Positions 45,663-59,711 of a stretch of DNA of 64,000 nucleotides are shown in pieces; position 1 is the stretch's first letter; each line of letters starts with the position of its first letter. Under the pieces are notes generated by a model. That model saw only the letters and a list, made by a program, of their open reading frames with translations. It was not told the origin of the DNA and did no database searches. Position numbers and translations under genes: made by a program. The DNA lies in NCBI GenBank assembly GCA_964016885.1, contig OZ024740.1:126728001-126792000 (forward strand), written 5' to 3'. This DNA is from Eledone cirrhosa (lineage: Eukaryota).

Positions 45663-46178
45663 ACACACAAGCACACAAATAAACAAACATATCTTCACTT
45701 CAATAGAGAATCTGAACTCTGACACCCCAGCGAACTCACCATATTCACTGAACCAGAACAATTCTCCCAATCCCTTTTCTCTTGACCACTATCTCTCCAT
45801 TGTCATAACATTCACTATAAAGACTACAGAATAGTTTTCCAAATAAGGGCGCAAATATTTAATGAAAACTTGTTCACGTGATAGCCATAATTTCATTTAT
45901 AACCAACCAAAAAAAAGCCTTCGTGAGCCTCCTTTTTTCAAGTAAAAAGAAATTCAAACACTCATATATGAAAAAACAACCTGTGACAACCCCCCCCTCT
46001 CTTATTTGAAGAACTATTGTAACGCGAACTGGCGCGAAATTTATTATAATTATTGACAAACCAATCAAATTACTTCTCGAAAAACCTGGCATTTCGAGCC
46101 ACTTTTTCCATATAAAACAAGTAACATTCAGAGACCAACCAGATGTGAGAAAAACCACAGACCCTCCATCTCAACTCA

Positions 46179-46216
46179 CCTTTTGAAAAGCAGAAGAACT
46201 GCGAAACCGGTAAAGG
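46179..46216 (+). ncRNA. Family C hammerhead (U3-A8); inverted copy at 41413-41450
   Basis: Identical to 18873-18910. Confidence 0.82.
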
Positions 46217-46353
46217 AACCAAATAAATATATATATTTAAAAAAAAAATAAGTCTCCAGTTGCATTTTCGATTTCATCTCTTTTTCTTTATACTTTCAGT
46301 CGTGTAGGACACCTCGGTTATTTTTCATTTTTTTTAAAAAACCTCACTTTCTA

Positions 46354-46386
<33 letters not shown>

Positions 46387-46388
46387 AT

Positions 46389-47180
46389 GTGTATGTGTTT
46401 GTAAGTATTTTTACTTTTGTGTGTAAGTTTATTTATGTGTTTTATTCTACTTATATATGCTTCTATGTATGTGTTTACGATTTTAGTTGTTTGTATGCGG
46501 GTGTATATAGGCCTTTGGTTTTTGTCTGTATAGTCTTACGTATGGTTTTGTCTGCGTGTACTTTACGTGAGAGTGCGCGCACCCATGTGGTTACTTTTGT
46601 ACGTTCTTTTTGTAGGGTGTATGTGTGCGTTAGTTTATTTGATTGTATGCTTATTTTCATACGTGTGTATGCGAGTGTATGTGTATATTTCTACGCTTGT
46701 GGTTGCGTATGTGGAAGTGTATGTATGTTTATTTTATAATATATATTTTTGTGTATATATATATAGTTATGTAATAAACAACATAAGGCAATTATTTCAT
46801 TGGTGTATGTTGGTTAAATTCCTGAAAAGCGTAGAGTGCTTCAACTAATCGGGCTGGAAAGTGCCAATCATATATGTAATATAGAATATGATTCAATCAA
46901 TCCCGGTTGGAGCTGTATAAATAAAGTAATTCCGTCGGAAGTTCCGGGAAAAAAGAGTGCTCTATGTAGGTAACAAAGCATACAGCTCCAACCAGGATTG
47001 ATTGAAGCATATTCTATATTACATATATGATTGGCACTTTCCAGCCCGATTAGTTGAGCACTCTACGGTTTTCAGGAATTTAACCAACATCCACCAATGA
47101 AATAATTGCCTTATGTTGTTTATTACATAACTATTAAGCTCTGTGACCTACATAGAGCACTCTTTTTTCCTGGACCTTTC
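46389..47180. mobile_element. Non-coding derivative of the family E PLE: 3' UTR piece plus two inverted, circularly permuted leader copies
   Basis: 46470-46760 is the reverse complement of ~38150-38440; 46766-46980 and 46981-47180 match 40863-41081. Confidence 0.85.
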
Positions 47181-47194
47181 CGACGGAATTTCTT

Positions 47195-47230
<36 letters not shown>

Positions 47231-47413
47231 TCAATACATAAACAGAGAAAGCCTTAAGCGATACTCCGACCAACTCCATCTCACTCAACAAACATTAGGA
47301 TATACTTAAGTATTATCCCAATTTAGTGTTTGGGGTGCTAACTAATCAGTATTTCGTGGATAATTGGTTGTATTATTTTATATGAGACATTAGTAAATAA
47401 ATATCTCATTTTT

Positions 47414-47538
47414 TCCAGACAGCCGTTTCGTTATAAGATTTCTACAATTTGGGATAAATAATTTCCAGGTTATGTAGAAACTTGTATATAAAACCATAGT
47501 TTTATACACAAGCGGGCTCTTATAAACTCACCATTGGA
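47414..47538 (-). ncRNA. Degenerate hammerhead with a large branched stem II (family H)
   Basis: Minus strand TCCA ATGGTGA GTTTATAAGA..TCTTATAAC GAAA CGGCTG TC TGGA; two core substitutions. Confidence 0.55.
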
Positions 47539-47810
47539 TGCCCAGTCAATAACGATATAAAAATGATATCGACATTAACAGATTGGTGATGGTCTCCCTC
47601 AGTTCTCTCAAAGCAGTTCTCTCAAAGAAAAAATACATGTTGTCCCCAAAAGGATAAAGGGAGGTCATCTTAAAATAAAACAATATACATGCTGGACAAT
47701 TAAACCTGTTAGGTATTAACCACGTGTATGAGAACTCAATTGGAAATTTAAAAGAATAACCACAAGTATACACAACTAATTCACACACACAGACACACAG
47801 TATATATATA

Positions 47811-47945
<135 letters not shown>

Positions 47946-48626
47946 TAAAATAACAGATTAAAGTTTAAGCAAAGAATCGCTGCTTTCACCCTTAACGGGA
48001 TCTTCTGAAACTAACAAAGTCAATCTGTAAACGCAGAACTGGATATTTCAAAAAACGTTGCAACCGGAGGAAGACAGGAAGACGATACTTTGGTTCGTGG
48101 AAACGTTCGCTGGCAAAGAACGGGAAAAAACGAATAATACGTCATTAATAGGAGCGGTGAAAAACAATTACGCGCAAAGACAGAACCACGTTTATGGTAT
48201 AAAAGAGGTCGTAGACTAATGTTCTCTTAGGTGGTGCATAGAGACGTTCTCTGGCAATGAACGAAAAAACGAGGATAATACGTCAATGTGGAACGAGAGA
48301 ACAATAGCACGAAAAGACAAAACCTAACTAGGAGACCAAATGAATCTCCGCTACAGAGTTAAGAACAAAGTAAATAAATACAATACGGAAGTAATGGAAA
48401 TAAATAAATACATACACGGAAACAAATACGTACATACACAAGCATACGCAAAACCTTACCATAGGTATACAAAACCACGAACATATAAATATGTGTGTGT
48501 GTGTATGCGTGTATACAAATAAATAATTATATAAACGTATATAAATAAATACATACGTATATAACAAGCGCACACACATACCTACATATAAATACACGAA
48601 TGTTCGGAGACGTAAGTCAACTCATT

Positions 48627-48836
48627 ACTGAGTTCAAATCTCGCTGAGGTTAACTTTGCCTTTCATCCTTACGAGGTCGATAAAATAAATTATCAGTAAT
48701 GTACTGGGTATTTGCTGGCTTTGTGCCAAAAGTAGAAACAATTATTACACACCACACGATAAAATAAAGTACCAGTAATGCACTGGAATACTTGCTGGCC
48801 TTGTGCCAAAAGTAGAAACAATTATTACACACCACA
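48627..48836 (+). mobile_element. 5'-truncated SINE with duplicated 3' tail
   Basis: CTGAGTTCAAATC..TTTGCCTTTCATCC; tail GATAAAATAAA..AGTAGAAACAATTATTACACACCACAC occurs twice. Confidence 0.8.
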
Positions 48837-49576
48837 CTGTTTCCGAAAAAGAAACACCTATAGAATGTATTGCTCACTCAGTAAAGTTGTTTTAAATGAT
48901 CTCTTTATATGAATGTATAGGTGTTTTAGACATATGTAGAAAATATGACACTACAAAATAAAAATGTTCTGTGTTAATTCAAATAACAGCGTAAAATAAT
49001 ATATTCAAATAATAACTTTTAAAAATACCGTTTTTTATTGTCTGTTAAATACATACTATATACAACTTCTATAAAAGCATCTGTGATTTTTTTAGACATA
49101 TGTAGAAAATAAGCTTTGATGGTAACATACATCGTCTGCTAATATGTATGTAAATATATATATAAACACGGACACATTTTAGGTAAATAATCCCTCCAAT
49201 CATCCTCTCTCTCTCTCATCCCTTACTCTCTCTCTTTCTCTTTCCCATCCCTCACTCTCTTATCTACAGACTGGAGAACATAAAAAAACAAAATGTATGA
49301 TATTTGTTCATTTCATTAGAAAATAAGATAAATTGAATTTAAATGAATTCTTTGCTTTGCAAAGTTTTTTTTTCGACCGTTTCTTGTCCAAATGCACAGT
49401 GAATATGTACATGTAATTTTGAGGAGTTTGTTCCAATAGTTTGCTAGTTTTATGTGGACACACACAATCGTAAACTTGCATATATATATATATAGATATA
49501 TATATATATATACATATATTTATGAATATATATATACATATATATATGTATATATATATACATATACAGCCACACG

Positions 49577-49624
<48 letters not shown>

Positions 49625-49686
49625 TTTATGAATATATATATATATACATATATATATGTATATATATATACATATACAGCCACACA

Positions 49687-49826
<140 letters not shown>

Positions 49827-49880
49827 AGTCGATGTTGAACGGTATGTCAAATCTATTTATCTATAAAACTGTCTATATTG

Positions 49881-49946
49881 TATTTTGTCTGAGGAAGGCA
49901 TAGCATATTGTTAATATGATATCCCTGAAATATATATAATGAAATA
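49881..49946 (+). ncRNA. Type I hammerhead, canonical core (family B)
   Basis: TATTTTGT CTGAGGA AGG..CATATT gtt AATATG..CCT GAAA TATATA TA ATGAAATA; downstream sequence matches the reverse complement of 10655-10715. Confidence 0.78.
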
Positions 49947-49986
49947 GATATGGTTTTATAAATATAGTTTCCATTTATTTAATATC

Positions 49987-50038
<52 letters not shown>

Positions 50039-50275
50039 ATAATAATAAAATTGAAGACTAAAATCCAAAGAGGGCTCGATAAGGAAAATATATATTCCCG
50101 TTCTTTGCCAGCGAACGTTGCCACGAACCAAAGTATCTTCTTCCTGTCTTCCTCCGGTTGCAACGTTTTTTGAAATATCCAGTTCTGCGTTTACAGATTG
50201 ACTTTGTTAGTTTCAGAAGATCCCGTTAAGGGTGAAAGCAGCGATTCTTTGCTTAAACTTTAATCTGTTATTTTA

Positions 50276-50358
<83 letters not shown>

Positions 50359-50359
50359 A

Positions 50360-50808
50360 ATATTGTTATACTTTGGGAGGGTCATGCTGCCAATAAGAAA
50401 CACACGCACCAGTGCTTTCACTTCAATTTATTATAATACATTTATAAATTTAGGAATTTATAAATTTCCGGTTGGTTGGTTGGTTCCACAACCAGATGGT
50501 TGTTTATATATTGTCAAAGTTCTTTCGTCACACATTCAGTGACATACACAGAAACAAGAATGGCGTAGGACAGAATAAAGGAGATGCAAAAAACAAAGAA
50601 AAGAATCCCCAGTCACTGAAGAGTTCACATAATGTGTGACGAAAGAACTTTGACAATATATAAACAACCATCTGGTTGTGGAACCAGCCAACCAACCGGA
50701 AATTTATAAATTCCTAAATTTATAAATTTATTATAATAAATTGAAGTCAAAGCAACTGGTGCGTGCGTTACTTATTGGCAACATGACCTTCCCAAAGTAT
50801 AACAATAT
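50360..50808. repeat. Inverted repeat (~185-bp arms) with a hammerhead at 50612-50654 (family I)
   Basis: GTCA CTGAAGA GTTCACAT aat GTGTGAC GAAA GAAC TT TGAC; the left arm lacks 12 nt of the motif. Confidence 0.85.
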
Positions 50809-50878
50809 CGGTTTCAACACACGTTTTCAGATAAAGAATCTTGCTAAACAAATTCAGAAACGAAATATATATATATAC

Positions 50879-51057
<179 letters not shown>

Positions 51058-51084
51058 ATAGAGGTGTAACATACAAGTTATGAT

Positions 51085-53412
51085 ATATTGGTAAACGGAA
51101 TAGAAAATGCTGACAAGTTGTTCACAGTGAAAAATAGTTTAATTAGGAATAAGTGAGAATTAGTAATAGTATTGGTTTTTAGTTTTCAGTTTTGGTTTTT
51201 AGTTTTACCGGTTGCGCATTTCTAATGTTTTTCAAAAATAATTTTGAGATAGAGCGTCCGTGATGTTTGCTCTGATCTGATTAGTTTGGGGAATTCTACC
51301 TGTTTTTATGTTAAAAAAGTGGTTCCAGCGGTATTAAAATAAGTTTTGCCCCAATTCGTGTTGCAACAATTCTTGTGGTCAAAACAATTTTGATTGCTCG
51401 GTAGAGGTCATGTGAATGTAAAAAATTGATTTTGCGCCAAATGTAGGTTTCTGTCGGCTGACTGAGAAATAAGTCTTTCACAACAAATATGGTGTGTGTG
51501 TGTGTGTAGTAGTAGTAAAGAGGTTCGTTGTTGTGATAATGGTCAGCAAGGATGTGCGTGCGAACCGCACCCTGTTGACAGTTCAAATGCCTATTAAGAC
51601 AAGTGTGAGTGTGTGTGTGTCTGTGTATGTGTGTAGCAGAGTAAATCGTGTTAGAGGGATGGTCAGTAGGAATGTGTCTGTAAGTGTGTGGGGGATATTT
51701 TAACATGTTAAAAGATATTTTTCAGCTCTTGTCTTATACGGAGAATTGTGTGTGTGTGTGTGTCTATGTCTCTTTATATCTTAATGTACGCGTGTGTATG
51801 TGTGTGTATATATGTGTGTGTGAGAGAATGTGTGTGTGTGTGTGTGTATGTGTGGGTGGACCAGTATATTTTTCTGGTAAAATGGTGTACATTATTCGAT
51901 ATTTTCAATAAAATCGATTCTCTCAATAGAACATCAAAAACCTTAATAATAAAAGGTGTGAAATGATATATAGTATTGGCATAATACCAAGGTGTGTGTG
52001 AGTATGTCCAGATTGTAAGTACTGCAAGGAGGATCCATTAGGCTTTGCCGTATTGGAATACCTGTGCACAAATATGTATCTGGAGTGTGTCCAGAAATTG
52101 TATACCTGTGCACAGATATGTAACTGGAGTGTGTCCAGATTGTACGTACTGCAAGGGGAATTCATTAGGCCCTGTCGTATTGGAATACCTGTGCACAAAT
52201 ATGTATGTGCCCATCAGTGTGCAATGCATGTGTGCGTTTATGTATGTGTGTGTGTCGGCACGTTTATATCTATACACATCAAAAGGTATGCAAATGTGTG
52301 TATATTTGTGTTGCACCATAGAACATATGTTTACGTATGTCATTGTGTTTATATGTGGGTAGAGATGTATGCTGATGTAGGTATGTATGTTGACGTGTGT
52401 ATGTTGTGCGTTCGTCTTAAGGAGAAGTGTTTAGACGGGGTACGTATTTGTTAATAAAGTAAGATTCCTTGCTGATGCGCTGGGTGTGGGTGGCATTATC
52501 TTTTAATTTGTAGAGGGGAAAGATTATGACGTTGGGATGATTTTGGGCGGCACAGGTATCAATGTGTTCACTCAGTGGTATTTTCCTGTATTCCCGTATT
52601 TTAATTTGGGATCTATGGACAGTCATCCGTTGGCGGGGGCTGTTTTTGGTCTGGCCTATGTATTGTTCTCGACAACCTGAGCAAGTTAATAAATATATTA
52701 GATTTTCTAAAGCGCATGTGAAATTGTGTTTTACTATAAAACGTTGTCCTTCTTTGAAATAGAATTCTGAACCCTCTATTAGGTTGATGCAAATGTCACA
52801 GTTGGGTCTATCGCATTTTTTTACTGTGGGTTTCGTTGTTGTGGTTGGCAGTACTTTGGCATGTGTTATGATGTTTTTCATTGACTTAGATTGTCTTTTG
52901 CTCTTTATGATATCGTGTGTTCGTGGGATTTGGTTCATTTTGTGTTCCTTTTTCAACACACGAATGTTCTGGAGGCTGGTGTCAAAGGCCTCATTGTTGA
53001 GGGGGTTGTATGTGGAGATGTAGGGAATACTTATTTCTCAGTCAGCCGACACAAACCAACATTTGGCGCAAAATCAATTTTTTACATTCACATGACCTCT
53101 ACCGACCAATCAAAATTGTTTTGACCACAAGAATTTTGCAACACGAATTGGCGCAAAACTTATTTTAATACCGCTGGAACTACTTTTTTAACATAAAAAC
53201 AGGTAGAATTCCCAAAACTAATCAGATCAGAGCAAACATCACGGACGCTCTATCTCAAAATTATTTTTGAAAAGCATTAGAAGTGCACAACCGGTAAAAC
53301 TAAAAACCAAAACTGAATACTAACCAATACTATTACTAATTCTCACTTATTCCTAATTAAACTATATTTCACTGTGAACTATTTGTCAGCATTTTCTATT
53401 CCGTTTACCAAT
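51085..53412 (-). mobile_element. 5'-truncated Neptune-type PLE with inverted 5' pLTR
   Basis: ORF 52417..52959 (CDRPNCDIC, LIY..YIG); 53028-53412 is the reverse complement of 51088-51473; degenerate U3-A8 hammerheads at 51203-51238 (-) and 53264-53299 (+). Confidence 0.92.
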
Positions 53413-53452
53413 ATATATATATATATATATATATAAATATATATACATATAT

Positions 53453-53522
<70 letters not shown>

Positions 53523-53539
53523 ATATATATATACGTGTA

Positions 53540-53657
<118 letters not shown>

Positions 53658-53671
53658 CGTGTGGCTGTATA

Positions 53672-53702
<31 letters not shown>

Positions 53703-53725
53703 GTATATATATATATATACATAAA

Positions 53726-53788
<63 letters not shown>

Positions 53789-53818
53789 GCAAGTTTACGA
53801 TTCTGTGTGTCCGCATAA

Positions 53819-53891
<73 letters not shown>

Positions 53892-53896
53892 TATAT

Positions 53897-54112
53897 AGGC
53901 ATGTGGCTGGATGATTGGATTCGCAATCGTGAGATTATGAGTTCGATTGCCAGACCGGGCGTTGCGTTATTTCCTTGAGCAAGACCCTATATCTCAGGTT
54001 GCTCCTTCTACCTGGAGTTGCGACCGATAGATAGTATTACAATTGGAAAGACCGATGGAAACATTGTTTCCTCGGTGCGATTTGACGAAAGACAATCATT
54101 CCTTATAAATGA
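53897..54112 (+). mobile_element. tRNA-derived SINE of a second family (CORE-like segment)
   Basis: GGCATGTGGCT head, GAGTTCGATT B-box, TCCTTGAGCAAGAC segment. Confidence 0.65.
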
Positions 54113-54149
<37 letters not shown>

Positions 54150-54563
54150 TGTGTGTATTTGTGTGCTTGTGTGTGTGTCAAAGTCACATGATTGTAAGAC
54201 GGCGCTTGAATTAGATAATTGAATAGAAATATTAACTTTTGCCGTAAATTTTACTATAGAAATCAGTCTAAAAATAACCGAGTGTAGTAGACCCTAGAAA
54301 GAGAACGTGCATCACCTTCGTTGACATCAGCATTTATAATTATCAGCACCCTGATGCCCATTTCCATTCCGGGATCTTATAAGCCCCGTTATTATTAGAC
54401 TATTTTCTGCTGTCTAAAATACAGTAAATGTTCCAAATTCAATCCAATGTTATATATTCAGTTGTACACACACACACACATGCACACACACACACACACA
54501 GATACACACACACACACACAGACACACACATATATATATTCATATCACAAATATAAATATATG

Positions 54564-54616
<53 letters not shown>

Positions 54617-55789
54617 GTGTGTGTGTGTGTATGTGTGTGTATGTGTGCGTATTTATGAGCGTGTGTTTTTGAATGTGTGTGTGTATACATTTCTGGATAT
54701 TGATTAGGCTCTTCTAAGTTAGGACTACAGGATAGAATATGTGTTGTGCTTACTCATGAGTGAAAAGTATGAACTTTGATGTAAGCACCTCATGATTTTG
54801 CACGAAATTATTATTCATTCATAAAACTATATTTAAACGATAGCTCATAGTTTATGTTTCAAAGTATTCTTTAAGAGGATACGGCAATGTTAATATCGAT
54901 TGTGGAATAGTTGTAATAATGGCTACTGAATAATGTAATAGCTAAAAGAACGTGGGAAAGGGAGTATAAGAGTGGATGTGGTCGAAGGCGAGGGAGAGAG
55001 GGCGAGAATTAGACGAAGTGGCAAAGAGTAATATAAAGTGGAATAAAATGTGGAAAGGGACAGGTAAATGGTAGGTCCAATAAGACAGATGTTTGTGCAT
55101 ATTTGATCTCCTGGACGCAAGCGCATGCGCGGGTTTGTGTAATGGCCTGTACAAGCATGTGTGTGCGTGCGTCTGCCTATGCATGTGTATGTGTGAGAAA
55201 AGAGAAAAAACCAAGGTGTCTTTAAATATGACGCAAATGAAATCCAATTCTCTCGGAGGCCAACTCCCCCTCCCTCACTCACATTCACTCTTTATATGCA
55301 TGCATATATATATATACACACACATTACTAGAATTGGATACGGTGAAACGGACATAAACGAAAAATAATTACAAGAATCTAATCTCCTTCTCAGCCAAAC
55401 TTAGTTGGGATTACATTATTATAGCCGGGGATAACCAGCATCTGTTTTTGTTGGGTGTTGGAAACAGTCATAAGACAACGCAGTAGCAAAGGAACTGGAT
55501 AGAAAATAAACAGCAAAAGTGAACAGATATGCATTTCTAATCGAAGAACATTTTCGGACAACCGAATTTCTCACACAAGCTATTGTTTAACCACAGTTCA
55601 AATGCTTATATGATGTTATAAGAAGATAGTGTATTGTGCATTTTGTCAGATTTTGACATAAAAAACGTCTATACGTTTGTCCGATAATATGTTCGGCTGC
55701 TGTTTCTAGCACAGTTTCTGACTTGCAGATTATGATCTTCCCTCTTCTACTCTTTCTCTCTTTCACTCTTACCTGAGTACAAACATATA

Positions 55790-57480
55790 AACAGTACAAA
55801 ATTAATTGTGATCTTCGTCATAAACATCATTGCTCCCTAAACCTTTCCATGATGCTGTAGTGCCAAATGTTGCACTGACTGCATCCATCTCTGATATTCA
55901 TCAATGATAATTGGTTTGTGGCAAAATTCTTTCCCGTCCCCTCAGGTATGTTGTCAATCCACCGTTTTCTTCTGTCTGACTCATCTTAGAGAGCCAGTCC
56001 GATCTTGTCACATGCTCAAACAAAATCAACATGTTTCTCTTCACCGTAGTCACTATATCTTCAAATTCATAATGAGTGATTTAGACCAATGCATTAGCCA
56101 TTATGTTTGAACCTCTTCATCCCTTTTCTGATATTCTTACTAATATCCCTTTTACCTGATTTTCCAGATGTGTTTTGGGTTTTCCTCAGATCTCTTCATG
56201 AGTCATTTTAAGAAATTCTTCTGTGATCCAGGTTCGAATTTTCCAGGAATAGGACATGGAGAAGAACCTTTGATTTCTGGTGCGCTGCAACTATGGGTGA
56301 ACGGGAATCACTGATGCCCCTCCATCCCCTAAAACTGTGATGTGGATCCTAGCGCCATTCCCCGTTAAACCACTTAACCTAGTAGGTTAAACCAAGAGAG
56401 GGGGTGGTTTTAAGAAGACAAGACTTGGTAAACGAACTCCTATGCAGGTCACCCGCCAGCACAAATGAGTTCCCAGACGAACTACAATGGCCACGCGTTC
56501 GTGAATAGTGCGAATCCCCTAGTTGGAGTAAATGATCTGAGGTAAATCCTTGAGATGGCTGGGTGCCGCCAGATTCAGAACGTCCACGGCACAGTGATTG
56601 AAAAGAAATGAACAAGTTATCAACTTAATACTAGCTCAGACGTCACCAGGGTTAACAAGGGCCGCACTGTGCGTCGTATATCATCCCAGAGTTGTAAAAT
56701 ATGCTACTGGTGAAATCTCGTAGAAAACAATCAGCATGAGGGAGAACATCACATTTTCCAGATGGAATGTGAGAACACTTGAAAACATGGCAAACTGCAG
56801 GGATATACACATGAAGTGGAGAGTTATTACTGGCACATCGTGAGATTGTGTGTTCTCAGATGGAAACATTTCGGTGAGCATATTAGCAATGAAGGATATG
56901 AACTCTATTACAGTGCATAACTTGACAAACAAGTGCATTACGTAGGTTTTCTCATCGACTACTACATCAGTAGCACTATACGCGGGTGCCCCCCAGTGTC
57001 TAGCAGGCTTTTCACCGTCCGCCTTTGAACAGCATCATTCATTATTGCAGTAGTAAAGAACTATGCACCAACATCGAATTATGGGGATGTGCTGGTGGAT
57101 AGATTCTGCATAGAATTTGAGGATAAGAACGGCAAGGTTGATAAGAAAGATATCATTATAATCCAGGAATAAATGAGTGCCAACATGGGTGACGATGCAG
57201 TAAAAATACTGGCAGGATGTCTGTGGTATCTACTTTAATGCTGTAACCAACGATTGGGGAATATGCTTACTTGAAATCGCCAGATACAATGGCATTAGGC
57301 TTGTCAACACCATCATATTCCTTACATTATATTGCATAAACTGTTTCGTTATGCAATCTGCAGGGCCGACAAAAGAACTTTCCCTGATGCACATTTAGGG
57401 TGTGACCAGGCCTTGGTGTAGCTGAACTTCAGCGTCAGGCTGAACATCACGTTAGTTCAGCGTGGACAGGCCAAAGGACC
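55790..57480 (-). mobile_element. Probable decayed LINE (RTE-like) remnant
   Basis: Higher GC, coding-like minus-strand stretches with no intact ORF; family assignment by resemblance only. Confidence 0.35.
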
Positions 57481-57891
57481 CCATATCGCTGAGTCATTCT
57501 AAGCCACTGTTGTTGAAAAAATTGCATCTCTGCTCACACTCAATGACGATAATGTCCATTACAGCATTTCCAGCGACATCAATTTATATCTTAAGGAAAC
57601 AGCCGCAAAAACGCAATCCTAATGGAAATACAAATAACCAAAACAAAACCTACAAAACTTTCAACTCCTTTGCACGTGAAAGACAAACATGATATAATAG
57701 TCTCCTGGGTTGCTATTAGACTGCTGAAGCGAAGCCTTCTTTCACAAGGTATTGCTCAACCCACGACAATTGTAAAAGATACGGTTATGAAGCGCCCATT
57801 AAAACCAAACATTCTTGTTTGGAATTTTATTAATATATAGAGTTGGCACATAATTTCTGCAATAGTTTACACACGACAATGGAATCAAGAA

Positions 57892-57984
<93 letters not shown>

Positions 57985-58009
57985 TATTATATATATATAT
58001 ATATATATA

Positions 58010-59051
58010 TATTATTATGTAATAAACAACATAAGGCAATTATTCCATTTACCAGTGGTTTCTTAAAAGCAAAAGGTTTTGCTTTCAATCCTCAGAATGA
58101 AAAAATCCTGGTTTGTTTATTGAATTTGGATCTTAAAAACAAAAAAGCAAGCTATATGAAAGTGAGGCTGGAGAAGGAAGAAGCAAAGGAAAAATAAAAT
58201 AAGACTACACATACAACCACACAGACACGAAAAAACATAAAAGCACACACACACACACACACACACACACGCATACACACACACGTTATTTCGGGTTGAA
58301 TCGGAGGCAGCCATAGTAAGCAAGGCACTCAGTACACCGCAGAGCATGAAAGTTTTAATATAGATGAGAATCTGTATATGTATACAAACACATACATACA
58401 CACACACACAACACACACACATATATACACACACACACACACACACGCATGTGTATGCACACACGCACGCACGCGCATACAAATATAAATATATTTCCCC
58501 CATACACATGCGTGTGCGTGCATGCGCGCACACGCGCATGCGTACGCGTGCCCATGGGTGCGCGCGAGTGTATGAGTGGGTATGTTCTGTTGAAAGTGTC
58601 TCGTGAATTTATGGCTACAGTTGTATAGATTATACTTAGAAATTGTCTACAGAATTCCCTAAACCTTCGTCAATTTACTAGAACCTTTAAGAATTTAGCT
58701 TTTAAGGAATCTCCCCTTCCTCCAAATCCATCTACCATGACTGACCCCATACTGATCTTACAGACACCTGTAAGCTAAAGAGAAACCTAATGATAAGGAT
58801 TGGCTCCAATCTGAATACAGAAATCTGTCTGCCTTAGTTCCTCTAAAAACAAACATATACAAACATTCATACACACACACACACACACACACAAACATAT
58901 CTACACACACACACGCATACATATATATATATATACACACACACATACACACACACACATACACACACACACACACACAACCACACACATATATACACGC
59001 ATATATATGCGCGTGTGTACACGCATACACATACATACACATAGCCATACC

Positions 59052-59101
<50 letters not shown>

Positions 59102-59211
59102 CATACATTCACACAATCAAACCAAACATATATACACACGTACATGCATACACATACATAAATGCACTCCTCTACATATTCACACACGCAAATACATATA
59201 AGGAAAAAAAA

Positions 59212-59274
<63 letters not shown>

Positions 59275-59667
59275 ATATTGAGACCGTTACATAAGGCAGC
59301 AAACTGGACAGACAAGCGTGGTAAGAAACACACACAAAAAAGCGCAATTACATACACACGAAATAGTCAACGCATTCACACACTCTCACACATAAAAAAA
59401 TGTCAAATACAAATACATAAACGCATACATACGCATACATGCATAACCACGCACAAGTGTACAATCTATACACACACACATGTGTATACAACTATATGCA
59501 CACACACACATATATGCATACATATACACACATATATATATACATAAATACAAACGTACACACACACATATATATATACACGTACCCATACACACACATA
59601 TACATACATAGCTAAACAATTATACACATACAAATACGTATATATCATAAACACGCACAACAGAACA

Positions 59668-59711
<44 letters not shown>

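Larger units (their letters stand above)
41342..46353 (+). mobile_element. Near full-length Neptune-type PLE: inverted 5' pLTR (41342-41525), partial direct pLTR (41526-41650), ORF1, RT-GIY-YIG, 3' pLTR
   Basis: 41342-41525 is the reverse complement of ~46103-46288; 41535-41650 repeats ~46240-46355; flanked by (TA)n. Confidence 0.95.
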
